From NCBI GenBank assembly GCA_004022145.1, contig RCNU01000013.1: a stretch of 64,000 bases of DNA; one strand, written 5' to 3'. Numbering within the stretch: the stretch's first letter is position 1; each line of letters starts with the position of its first letter. Position numbers and translations under genes: made by a program. Shown one piece after another: positions 12,019 to 24,462 of the stretch. The stretch comes from Paecilomyces variotii (taxonomy: Eukaryota). The notes beneath the pieces are model-generated. The model saw only the letters and a list, made by a program, of their open reading frames with translations, ran no database searches and was not told the DNA's origin.

Positions 12019-14359
12019 TCAAACAGCACCAGGTCCCTTGTGGTTCGACTGATCGAGGAGCAGCGTCGGCTTGATGTAATCTTCATCCAGCTGCCTGAAC
12101 CACGCGGCATGGTCGCCGTTGGGTCCGCCCGAGAAGAGATCTCGAAGTGCGGCCCTGGCGCTGAGATGACCGCTTGATTCCGGTCTCATCGCTGGAGATA
12201 CGCCACCGGAGGCGGGTCCAGCCCGTGATGGCGAGAGACGCGGCTGCGAGGCAGGTCGGCGGTATCGCGATGCTGCGGAGGGCGGGAGATCGTCGTCGGA
12301 CAGCCCGTCGATATCCAGTTCAAAGTCGTCGGGAGCGTCTAAATGGACTCCTGTCCGGTCCTTCTTGCCGGCACCATGGTCATCGTCGCTGGCAACGCTG
12401 CTGGGGCTGCCAGTGCCGGCGTTGCCGAGCAGAGTCAACGTTGACGACCGGTCTCGTCGAGAATGGCGGTCGACTTGGCTGAAGGCAGAGTTCTTCCGTG
12501 ATGCAATACCTCCACCAAGGCTCTGTGACGACTGATGCGATGGAGGGCTGGGACGGCGGTTGTTACCACTGGAGTAGCTGTCCGCACTGTCTCCAAGCCC
12601 CGGTCGTGCTCCGCCGACGCTGCCCAGAGGAATGGTCAGGTCGCTGCGGCGAGGAGTGTAGCCCAGTCCGGTGCCAGATCGCTTGTAATATGTGCCCCCG
12701 TGCGTGACTTCAATGTCGAACTCGTCGTCGGAATCGATCTCTTCAACGACGCCCGTTCGGATGCCCAGGATCTCCAGCATTCGAGCAGTAGTGCCTCCGA
12801 AGATGATGACGGTCAACACCACCACCACGAGCACCGTCGCACGCAGCGCTGGCGCATTGACACCCTTCAGACCAGCAGAGAGCGCGACACCGACTGCACC
12901 GCGGAGACCGGCCCAGAAGAGCATGGCTTGGTAGTTGAATGGCAGTTCGTCTGCGACGTCCTTTCCGCGGCGTCTGGCACGGTATCTGATAAACCAATTG
13001 ATAGCCCTTGACAGAGGGAAGACCGAGAGATATCTGGCAACGCAGATACCGAAAACTGTCATCAGGATGAAGAGCGGCTTGAACTGAAGCTCCGTTTCCA
13101 CAAAGAGATCCAGGCCCAGATAGATGAAAATAAAGTTCTCCGTCAACTGCGCCAGCACCTGGAACAGGTACTTCGTCGTCAGCTGTGTCCGTCGGGACAT
13201 GTTGTAGTAAGCGTAGTGCTTGAGCGTAATGCCACAGAAAAGGAGCGACACGATTCCTATCAGTCGTCAGCATAACTCGTCAACAGCAATCGCCCTCCGA
13301 CATAAACATACCAGACAGATATACTCCGTTCGAGAAGAAGTAGCTCGCATAGGCAATCAGCACAATCAAGCAGCTCTCGATCTTGGGCATGCGGCGAACA
13401 TGGGTATATTTCAGACCCAGCGCAGTGGAAATGCCCACAATCACTCCGACAAGCATACTACCAAAGAACACCAGTAAGAACAGACCAATAGCCTCAAACA
13501 GGTTCAGGATCGTCAAGGAACCAGCCTCGCTGTCGGCGTATTTCTGCGCCGTCTCGAACAACACGATAGCGATAGCATCGTTGAGGATCGACTCTCCGAA
13601 GATGACCGTGTACAGCTTCGGCTCCACCTTGTACAGGTTGAAGATGGCGAGGATCGTGACAGGATCGGTAGCGGAAAGGGTCGCGCCCACGGAGATCGCC
13701 TCGACGAAGGAGATGTTCAGTCCATCCAGCGGAATCCTCGTCCAGACATAGAGAATCAATCCCAGCACGATAGCCGAGATGAACGTCCCCGCAAACGCGA
13801 ACGTCAGGATTGTCCCAATATTCCTAAAGAAATTCGCCTGATGCAACTCATACCCCGACGCAAGGATGATCGGCGGCAGAAGCAGATTGAAAAAGAACTG
13901 ATAATCGAACGTGACACTATCCTGAATCGGAGACTCGGGGCTCAACCGGATGATCAAGCCCACAAACATGCCCGCAAAGATCGACAGGACGGTCTCATGC
14001 ACCGCTTGAATCTTCCTCTGCTGGAGGATATAGCTCGTGAACAGGGCGAAGATGAGGAGAACGATCAGGATGAAGAGGGCCCAGGAGCTGAAGAATTCTT
14101 TCTTGGTCGCTTCGGGGACCTCTGCTTAAACGGAAGGAAGGATTGTTAGAAGTTGAACCATCGAGAGAGGAGCTTAGGCTTGGGGGATATTGCATGATAC
14201 GGAACGGCGCATACCATCATCGGGATCGGAGCCAGAGTCGGCGGCCCTGCCTTGAGGAGAGTCAGTAAGAGAGCGCAGAACAACAGAATAGATGCCAGGG
14301 AAGGAGAGAGACATACGCAGCAGCAGGCCAAAGGCCTCGTTGACCAGCGTTGCGGCCAT
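12019..14359 (-). CDS. nhx1: Endosomal/prevacuolar Na+(K+)/H+ exchanger; exons 14359-14317, 14250-14215, 14121-13312, 13256-12019
   Basis: CPA1 motifs FFNLLLPPII, SATDPVTILAIF, FGESILNDAIAIV, WAGLRGAVG and the NHX1-type EEIDSDDEFD tail. Three canonical introns give one frame. Confidence 0.93.
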
Positions 14360-14958
14360 TGCTCTCAAGACGGAATCCGAGGCGGCGGGGAGCGAGGAAG
14401 ACAAGAGGCAGACGAGCTCTAAGGGAGAGTCGCTGGCGCCCAAAACCCAGCGCGCATATCACCCGTTGGCGGACAACTCGACAGGTCAAACAGATTCCCA
14501 CGGATAGACCAAAGACAGACAGGAAGAAGTCATAGATAGATAGATCTGGTGTTTGGGGAATCCGGGAGAGCTGGCCTCTCCGACTCGTCCGTCTCTTGAC
14601 CTGCCAAGACCAAGGCGCTTACGTAGCCAGTGCGGACGCGTCCTTCGTTACTAGAATAGCTACAGTAGTAAGTAAACATATGATATAGCTAAGTTAAGTA
14701 CCAGATAACTATATTCTATCATAGTATTTGGTCTTTCGTAGTGAATTCATATCCCGCGATGATCCCTACTACCGACTATGTATATACGTTTGCAGTCTTG
14801 ACCTATGGTATTCTTTCAGACGGCTCATCCCTAACCAAGCATGCCAAGACTCCGCCGACGCCAAACACCAAGATATAGATAGATGCTCAAGTACTAATAC
14901 CAATACTGTAACAATACTATCCAACAGAACTGTACAAAATGCTAATTATCCTGCGCGA

Positions 14959-17050
14959 TCACCGGCTGGCTCCTTCATCGAGTCTCCTCGTCAGCCACGC
15001 CGCGACCAGAGCAGCGCATCCGCCAAATCTTAGCACCCATCCGACGCTGTCATCCCACGGTTCACCCCGGGGCTTCTGCAGCGCCTTGAAGATCGCGCTG
15101 CTGATCAGAGTGGACAGGATCTGCGGGAACGAGATAGCCACGTTATGCAGGCCGAGAATAATGCCCGCTTGACCCGTTTCGTCCTCGTGGCTACCCATCG
15201 CCCCATTCCCCCGGCCACCCTCCAGATCGTGATTGTCGGCTGTAGTGTCATTCTGCGTGCTCGCATATGGCTCCCTGGGGCCGGACATCTCTGCCTGACG
15301 ACGCTTAAGACGCCGTTCGGTATCACGCCGCGCCACCTCCGCCGAGATCAAGGCAAACGGGGCCCAGAGAGTCAATGCCCAGGAAATGCCAACAATCCCA
15401 ATATCGACCGTTGCAGCTTGCGGTGAGTAGATGAAGAACGTACTAAACATGCAGGCAGCGAAAAGCAGATGAGAACAAAACCACATGCGTCGGAGTGTTA
15501 ACCCAGGGATCTGAAGTTTAGCCAAGATTCCATTTTTCCCACTCTTTTCCACGCTCTTTCCACTGGGAGGTTCCAGCAGAGGCTCCGAAACAACCGGCAT
15601 GCTGGAAAAGGACAGCCGTCGGACTGGGCCTGGCTCGTCATCAGAAGCACTATCAGTGTCCTCCTGACCAGAAACTGGGATGTGCTTGTAGCTTGGCTCA
15701 ATGAACAAGGGCAAAACTATGCTTGCAGAGAAAGATATGATCGCATAGATGAGGAGGGCAAATGTCCCGATCCTCGTAGCATCCTGCCATACCTTGTCGA
15801 TGTCTTTATCTGAAAGATTTGGATGTTGATCGAAAATCGGATTAACGTATAGCTGTCCAATATAGGTTGTAGAGTAGAATAGGAACGGGAACCAGCCGAT
15901 CCATGCTGCTATCTGCACTTCGCAGACCTTGCGGATCTGGGGTGGCAGACGGCGTATAGATCTGAAGACCTGTTTGAAGAACGCCAGAAGGCCGGGGTTA
16001 TCGGATTTTGGGGGCCCTTCCAGACGCGGATCACGCTCTTTGATATACGAGCAGCTGATGGCGAGCGTGCTGCTCAGAGCAATACACGCAATCACGCAAA
16101 GAACCTTGAACTGGGTATCTCCAAAGAACGGAAGCAACTTGGGTAGATCAAGATAACCAGAAATGTAGCCCAAAATATTCCCAACGCCTGTCAGCCGGCT
16201 GGCCCAGGCGTTTGCTGATTCTTGCTGATGATGAGGAGCGTTGTCGACAATAAAAGCACGAATGCCCGCTTGTACTATAGCGCTAATGTTAGCAAAACCC
16301 GCCAACAAGTTGGGAACAGTTGATTCCCACTCACCTGTGTTGACAGAGAAATCCAGACAGTACATGAGGAGTGTCGCTACAACAATCCTAGTCGTCTCCA
16401 TCCCAGCTGACTCGGCATTGACGCCGAACAAGCCCGCAAAGCCACCGACTATCTCTCGAACCCAAGCCAGCGCAAGAAGTGACACCATCGTAGTCGCACC
16501 ACCAACAATCATGAAAGGTTTCCTTTTACCCCATGATATACGGCAATTGTCACTACGGATACCCACATAAGGCTGGACGAGAGTACCGGTGAGAGGACCT
16601 GCGATCCAGACGAATGCGAGCAGGGATTTACTCATCCCAAGTGACAGAAGATATGGCTATTTCAAATCAGCTCTGGCCATTGTACCACGGCGGGAAGAGA
16701 ACGCAAATAGAGACAGAGGAACCCGTACCGATCCATTTGACAGCTCAACAGACCAAACGATTTGCAGCCTATAAAAAAAGACACCGTCAATGATTTTCAT
16801 CCTTTGGAGGAAAGCATATGCGATGAATCACAGAAGTGAATACCCACCCTCCGATACTAAGCGTCAGCAGGAAAAGATACCAACTGCTCTTCGGGGTATC
16901 ATCTTCATGGTGTCGATGCTCCGACACAGCAGCATCACCGCCTCTCGACGTTGCACCATGTCCCGTCGGAGAGCTGGCACCCTCAACCGGGCTGGTAGGA
17001 GCAGTCACCAATGGTGACCTCTCATCTACATGCTCCTCAGTCGCCGTCAT
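14959..17050 (-). CDS. GPH-family sucrose/alpha-glucoside permease (Sut1/SLC45-like); exons about 17050-16848, 16768-16729, 16656-16335, 16274-14959
   Basis: Motifs GLQIVWSVELSNGSPYL, WIAGPLTGTLVQPYVG..SD....WGKRKPF, WIGWFPFLFY and GIILGLHNVAISFPQI. The start codon is the least certain part. Confidence 0.85.
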
Positions 17051-18984
17051 CGAAATCGGCCACGGAACAGGCGATTTCAACGTCTCAAGGGGGCTTGAAA
17101 GAGCAGAAACGCTCAATCCCACTCAGCACGAATGTAATAATAGGTGTTGATGAAATATATCGGATCGACTAATGCCAGCGGCTGAGTACAATTCCACCGT
17201 GTTAGGTCAGGTGGTATGGCGTTCTCCAGTACCAGCGGCTAGGAGCGGTGATAGCGTCTAAAACGAGCGGCCCTTTCAGCATGCGACGAAAGTAGGCGTG
17301 TCGCAGTAAAAAGAATGATAGATAATTGAATCCTCTTCGAACGGAGGAGCCAGACGTGGCGAACAGATCTCTACAAAGGTACGTCTTGACAGAGTTCCCT
17401 GCAAAGCGACCGCCAGAGTACCGGTAGGGGCCAGGTTCACTGGATCTGTGATTGACCCCGGGGTAGCTAGGTAAATCCGGGCGATCACCAGGGCGAAAAC
17501 CAACCTGCACAGGACGAACCACAGAAAAGGAATCGTACGAGCAATCAGCGGAGAAACTTCGATTTAGTCCCGCATGGAAACGTGGGCTAGTTAAATGATA
17601 ATAATCATACAGAGTTACAGTCCAATAATAATAGTGAAGTTGGGGAAAAACGCCAGGCCTGGAGAAACGTCTAGACATCCGGGGACAGACGTCAGCGAAC
17701 TCGCCCACGTGACCCGTGACCGCTCTCAGAGTAGACAAGACAGCCATTAACTATTGGAAATACTTATCCTGACAGTAACGGCTGGGCGTCTCCAGCCTGT
17801 CTCTCTGACACGAGCCACGTACAAAGCGCCGTCTGTTGGTACACACGGAGGACATCCTATGATACAGCTCCAACATTGGTCACTGACGGATGCAACTAGA
17901 CATCAAGGTCATGCGTGCCTTCTCCACAGGCCACCCAATAACTATGACAGCAGAGCTGTGCCCACGGTGATAGCTTCCAGAGCCAGATGCGGCATCTTTT
18001 CACAAAGACCAAGGGAAAAGACAGAACTACGACATAGTAAGGGGCCAGCCTACAACAGATCTGAGGTCTATGCGATCAAGGGAATTGGTCGTAAATGACT
18101 GAACATAAGAAACCAAAATTATCATTTTGCGCAAATGAGGTCTATAGCACGCGAAACCAGAATCCCAGCCTCTCAACCATACCCAAACTCTCGCAGGAGA
18201 GCACAGTGGACCCCACCTCACGGGGCCCCGTGGGATACACTGGGAGAAGTAAATATAACACCGCACACGTCCCCTGTCCATAGCAGGCATAACCTTCCCT
18301 TCCGGTTCCTTATATCCACCCGAGGCCCCCTAGAGACAGAAACTGATGTAGAAACAAAATGGTGCTGTTATAGAACGTAGCACATCAAGTGTATAATATA
18401 AGCGGAAATGAGAAACCAAAGCTGAGAAAGCAAAACTGAACTGAAAAAAAAAAAGAAAAAAAGCCAGATGACGGGAAATCGTCCACGTCGGAAATGGATA
18501 TCAAAAAAGAGAAATCAGAACTGTGAAATGGACAAATGCCATATTTTTCAAGCGCCAGTCTCCATGAATCCATGCAGCAAATTGCATGTTATGGCTGGCG
18601 CTAACAAAAATTGATGTGATGCTCACCAGGAGGGATGCGAGTAAGGGTGCAACGCAGGTGTGTGGACAAAAGCAACAAAAGGCGCATCGATACCCATTCC
18701 TTCAGAAACTCGGTTATCTGATCGGAAAACCCAGGGGTACCGCACCGCAAGGACAGTCATGGTAGGAAGACAGAAGGCTTAGACGCATGATGGCAGAGGG
18801 TATCATCGGTTTACTGCAAGTACCACGACACATAAACATTTGCAGCGAAAGAGCGGCGCCGGGCGCGTAAGACGCTCCGGAGCCTCGCAAGAGACCATGC
18901 TTGCGTCTGAAAATGCTGCAGCGCGAATCAGAAGAGAAGACGGCCGTTTCTCGGTTCAATCATCTGTCAGTCTAGATCTCCGGT

Positions 18985-21342
18985 TCAAATCTGCTGCTGC
19001 AGGAACTGCGGGCTGATCATCTGAGGATTGACCATACTGGGCATCACAGAGTGCATCCCCATAGTAGTGGGCATCGATGTAACGCTGGCCATGTTGACCG
19101 TCGATGTGAGGAAGTTCGGGTCCGACGCGGGAGAGCCCTCCTCGAGCGGACCAAACTCATTCTCCTCGTTCTCCAGGTCCTCGTCGCTCAGCGTCTGGTG
19201 TTGCTGCTGACCATCTTGCTGTGTCTCATGAGTGCGACGGTGCCTAGACACGACCAATCAGTACCGCAGTCACACTGGGCCCAAGGAAATCTGCAAAGTG
19301 AACTTACTGTGCAAGGTTGTCAGAGCGCGAGAAGGCCTTGTTGCAGTAAGGGCATGGGTATGGTCGTTCCTGGGTATGGGTCCTCACGTGTCTAGCCGCC
19401 CAGCAAGTTAGCCAGCGGTTACAGAAATTGTGACGGGCCAGTCAGAGCGCCCGGATCCGTGATGCACAAATAGATGTGAAACTTACCGCTTCAGGTGCTC
19501 TAGTCTCTTGAAAAGGCGTCCACACGACGGAATTGGGCAGGAATGCGACTTCTGCGGGTACGGGCCTATCTCCATCATGGTGGCACTCCGAGCCCGACGG
19601 ACAGGCCCCGGTCGATCTGCCCGATTTGCGGCGCTGTTCTGTACTGACATCTCGAGCGACTCACTCGTGGTGAGCGGACCAAGGGTATCCTGCGGCGAGA
19701 CAAGCTGGGAATCCTCCTCCAAACTGGCCAAGGGAGTACCATGCCGTGACATCTCCTGCAGTAAATCTTTCTGTGTCATAGAAGGGTATCCATTTGTAAC
19801 ACCAGAAGGCGACTCCTGGTTGGACTCGTCCCCTTCGAGCACGGGAGCTACAGAGCTTGAAACGGAACGTCGCAGGTCACTTGGCTTGTGCACGGCATAC
19901 ATCGCCTGCTGTCCCTGAGAACTTGTGGTCGGTGCGCCGTTAGCGGTAGCCGCGGCGATCGCGTTAGTAATGCTGGAAGGGATCGAAGATCGCCGCCTCC
20001 GCTGCTTGTAGGTCGGAGATCCCTCAATGACCGAGTAGACATTGGGCGGGAATGCGCGCGTAACGGTCGAGAAGTGACCACCGGCCAGGTTCGAGGGTGG
20101 CAGCTGCATCATGGGGTTGAAGGAGGTCGTGGAACTGACGTCGGGAATCGCTGTGTACAGTCCTGTGTCCTCGTTGGCAATGTAGGCCGGTTCAGCCCCC
20201 AGGGGAACGGCCTGCTGGGGCGGCGTGATTGGCTCGAAGGACATACCACGGTTGCTGTAGTCCTCGTATTGCGAGGAGACAAACGACGGAGCAGGAGAAT
20301 ACTCAATGTAGGAGGGCATCGAGGCATGGCGCTGATGCAAGCGAGAGAGGGGCAGTCCAGTGCGATCGTACTGGAGCTGGCCAAAGTCCTGCTCGCGCTT
20401 AACGAGACTCTGGGCCATCGCGTTCGACATCGCGAGTTGGCTGTACATCCCTGAGCCGCCAGTCTCGTCCGAGAGGAGCGGCATCGACGGGGGAGCCATC
20501 TGCGGAGGAGGCATAGCGTCAACGGTCCGAACCACCGGAGATGCAGATTGGCCATACGTCGTACTTGCATGTGCAGAAAACGATGAAGAGTTTGCTTGCT
20601 GTGCCTTGGTGAGCTGCTCATAGAGCGATTGGGACGAGTCGAACTGGAATGACAAGGCGGGCTCGCTGACGGCCACCGTCGTCGCTTCCTGTCCCATCTT
20701 CTCCCTCTTCAGGTCGCGCTCCAGGGCGTCCAGGAAGAGGCGGTCATGAGGTACGCTATACCAGTAAAAGACCTTTTGCTTCTTCTGTGTCCGAATGCAG
20801 TTGTTTTTATACAAGAAATCAAGAAAGGGGCTCTTGGGCTCCTCCAGCGACGCGTCGGTTCCCGACTTGAGATTTCGAAGATCGGAGAAAATACCCTCTT
20901 CGAACTTCTTGGAATTCTTCACTGGGCGACCGAAAGCCTGGAATCGGAAAGACAGACATCGGACAATATCCGTTCCGGAAATATGAAAGAGGTTGCTCCT
21001 ACAACCAGTCAGCCACGGTTATCGCGTGCCATTAATTATCAGAGTCACGCACCAGAGCACACATGAGACATAATCGCCTGTGGGGAGCAGGAACCGTCTG
21101 ATCAGCTGGTCGGGAGACCAGTCGACTGGAGCAGAGATTAAAAAATATTTGACTGTCCTTCTTGTGAGCAAGGGGAATCTTCATAGGCAGAGGACTCGTC
21201 GCGCGGAGAGAAGCTTACGGTTGTCGACCTGTTGTAGTGCTACTTGAGCGTCTTGCGGCAGGCTCTGCTGGGCCTCACTTGAGAGCATGAAAGTCTCCGG
21301 TTTTTGCGGGGGCGCCATTGCGGCACCGTGTTGTGGATACAT
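18985..21342 (-). CDS. steA: Ste12-like transcription factor with STE domain and two C2H2 fingers; exons 21342-21219, 21152-21053, 20998-19487, 19391-19308, 19243-18985
   Basis: STE domain ([53 protein letters not shown]) plus [19 protein letters not shown] and [18 protein letters not shown] probable 5'-UTR intron lies at 21499-21357. Confidence 0.96.
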
Positions 21343-24300
21343 CTTTGCGCGCGATTCTAATATCAACAGTCAGCATTGGGGATTGATCCAAAGCGCATCT
21401 TGAGAAAGATGTAGATGTATAGATTGGTTACCATGAACCACGCGTTCCGGAAGCGTAAAAGGGCATCAGCCATAGAGATCAGATCAGATGAATACGTACC
21501 GTTCGTTATGATAGCGTGTGTGGTGATTTTGTTGTATGAATTGACAGTAAACACGAAATGATACCCAGTCGCGCAAACCTTCTTTTTGTTTGTTTTGTCT
21601 TTTTGACTGCAAGACAAAGATAATTGAACCAACAATTTCAAAGAGCGATCAGCCGAGCGCAACAGCTATCCAAGCGATAATACCAGAGGTACCAGCCTCC
21701 AATGAACTAGATGCTGGAATGAAGATGACGGGTGATGAACAATGATGATGCGATGTGACCGTCAACGACAGGAGAGATGGGCCAGCCCGAGGGGTAAAAA
21801 AGAGATAGATAGATCTCCGGTGCTCGCACGGCGGGATTGAAACGAGAGGTGGTTGAGAAAGAAACAGGCCACTTCCAGGGCTGCGACCGCGAGGGGCTTG
21901 GACGGGAGGGAAGACAGGTCTTTTTCACCGGTGGTCTGCGAGAAAAGAGGAACGGCCCAGGTGGGATGGAGCACAACCGGGGGGAGTCGCGGTCGTTCGA
22001 GGGGTTAAGAAGGATTCCGTTTGAGAAGGACGATCGGGGCCGGCTCAGAGGGGAGAGAGGGAGAAGAAAGAGAGACAGAGAGAAGCAAGCAAGCGAGAGA
22101 GAGAGAGAGAGAGCCAGCGCGTCCGGGTTTAGTGTTGGGGATGGGGTGTGGATTTGGAAAGACCTCGACCAAGAGGAACTTAGCAGGGGAACAGGATAGC
22201 GCCCGTGGAGTCAGCTAGTATTCGCCGGTGGTCCCGGCTGCTGGTGGCGCCCAGTGGATCTGGTGCTGCGGGTGCGAAAGGGCTTACGGGCGAGTGGTCG
22301 ATATTATTATTATTGATCCGTATGGTATAATTAGTACACTGGTCGTTATAGTCCGATATTCGCGGAATACCATAACAACTAGGGAGACCAGGATGTCCCG
22401 ACTGGAGCCTTTTTTTTTTCCTGGGGATCTGCTGGCTTGTCTGGCCGGGAGCTCGGATCTTCCCAGGACTGTTAGGGTAGGTAACTTAGTCCTCGAGTGA
22501 CAGGACGCTTTTCCCCTGGTCGAACCACTTGGACCAAATCGGATAGAGCAGACAGGATGTCTCTGGCCAAGTCGGGCAAGGGAGGCTTGGAATTATCGAG
22601 AGAGCGAGGAGAGTCGATGGACAGTGCTGCTCGACAAGGGTGGAAACAAGAGAATCACGATGATGCCTGATGCTGATGGCTCCTTTGCTGTCTGTTGACC
22701 AGTAATATAATTATAATATAATAATCTGATCAGACTGGTGGATAGACAGACGTTCTGTCTCGATAGAAAGAAAGGTGGTGGTGTCTCGTCTTCTTTCTAG
22801 TTGCTGGCGGGAACGAGGTTCGAAAAGAGACAAGCCGTAGATAGATAGATAGAGAGAAAATCAAAATGATTCCTGACAGAAACAAACAACCCTAAGAGGA
22901 CAAGATGCAAGGTGTCTGTCTCTCTACAAACTCAACCAGGGCCCTGAAGAGAACCTGCTGCATTTATTTATTTATTATTTATTCTGCTCTTCTGGTCACT
23001 CCATCGTGATCCCGCGGTCTAGCAGGAGAGTTAGGAGGGCTAACCGTCAACTATCTGCTCTATACTCCGTGCCATTATTATTATTATTGCTACCCCGACT
23101 GACAGTCCGTCTGCTGCTCGTATGATGGCTGGTCTTATCACCTGGACCGAGCTTCCCGGATCATGGTCAATTGGGGGCAGGGCGACAAGGGGGACGAGAA
23201 ATGGATGGATTGGGGAGAGTCTCGGTCGGAGGTCAAACGCTTCTTCTCCTCAGGGGATCTCTGGACAGCTCGACGAATAATGATGAATGAGCGGTGGTGG
23301 AGAGGAGGACGTTGGCCTGCCAAGCTGGGCTAAAACTGGCGCGAGTGGACTTTGGACGTCTAGGATTCCAAGGGGGGGAATTCTGAAGCATCCGCCAGCG
23401 GTTTCAGAATTTGCGGTCCAGGGGAGGAAGCACGACCCCATCGCCGCCAACGGGGATCGTCGGCTCCCTTGAGGCTGGTGGTCTGCTAACTACTAGTCCA
23501 GGCATCAATAATCATCATCCTGCACCTTTCATCATCATCATGAAAGTTCCCTTGGTGTTGACCGTTGAACTCTATGTTCTCATGACACTTCTGGCTTTGT
23601 ACCAGGACAAACAGTTGTGAATAATAATAATAATAAAAAATAATGCCTCTCTTCCCGCCCTGCCAAGTCGCTGGCCAGACACGATCGCCATTCCAGGGCG
23701 GCATACTCTAGGCCATGACAATGACCGATGGCGATGGGCACTAGACTATGGATCGAAACTGGCGCGCTGGCAAACTCTCGTCCAGGCATGCGTAGAGTAG
23801 AGTAGTCAGCATGATAATGCTCGGTATTAATGGCGCATTCTTGGACAGCAATCCAATGAGCATAATGTCCTCAAGCACTAAACAAGGTCCAGGACGGTAC
23901 GAGCTGAGCTATCGGAAAAGAATGCGGTGGCCCGCAAGGCACGAGATCCGGATCCATTATTATTATTCGCTTTACCCACCTAGACTTGCCCATGCAAAGT
24001 ACCATACTCTTAAAGGTCTTGCCGTGCGATATAGAGTAATTGCAAAGACTAACTATCGATCCCGTTCCGTGGTGATGATAATAATAATACCATAATAATA
24101 CTCCGAATTATAATAATAATAATCTTAATAATTCTCCATCGACAACCAGAAATCATTCGTATACGAAGCCGCGACTCGTCTAGAGCAAACGCTCCACCTT
24201 TCACCGGGAAGGCGCAGTGGGGTTGGACCGACCGCTAAGGCTCCCAGAGCGTTAAGAAAAGAAAATCTCCGAGAGTCGAGAACGTCGTTGAGCTCCGGAC

Positions 24301-24380
24301 CAAAGTGGAATAACAATAATACATACCGCCTCGTCTCATTAGCCGCGGTGGATAGCGGTTGTTGGCCATCTAGACGACCT

Positions 24381-24462
24381 TAATAATAATTAATAATAAT
24401 AATCATAATAATAATAATTATAATTATAACTAATAATAATAATACTACTACTGTAATAATAA
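24381..24462. repeat. Imperfect (TAA)n microsatellite
   Basis: About 80 bp of TAA/TAC triplet repeats in the long intergenic region upstream of steA. Confidence 0.9.
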
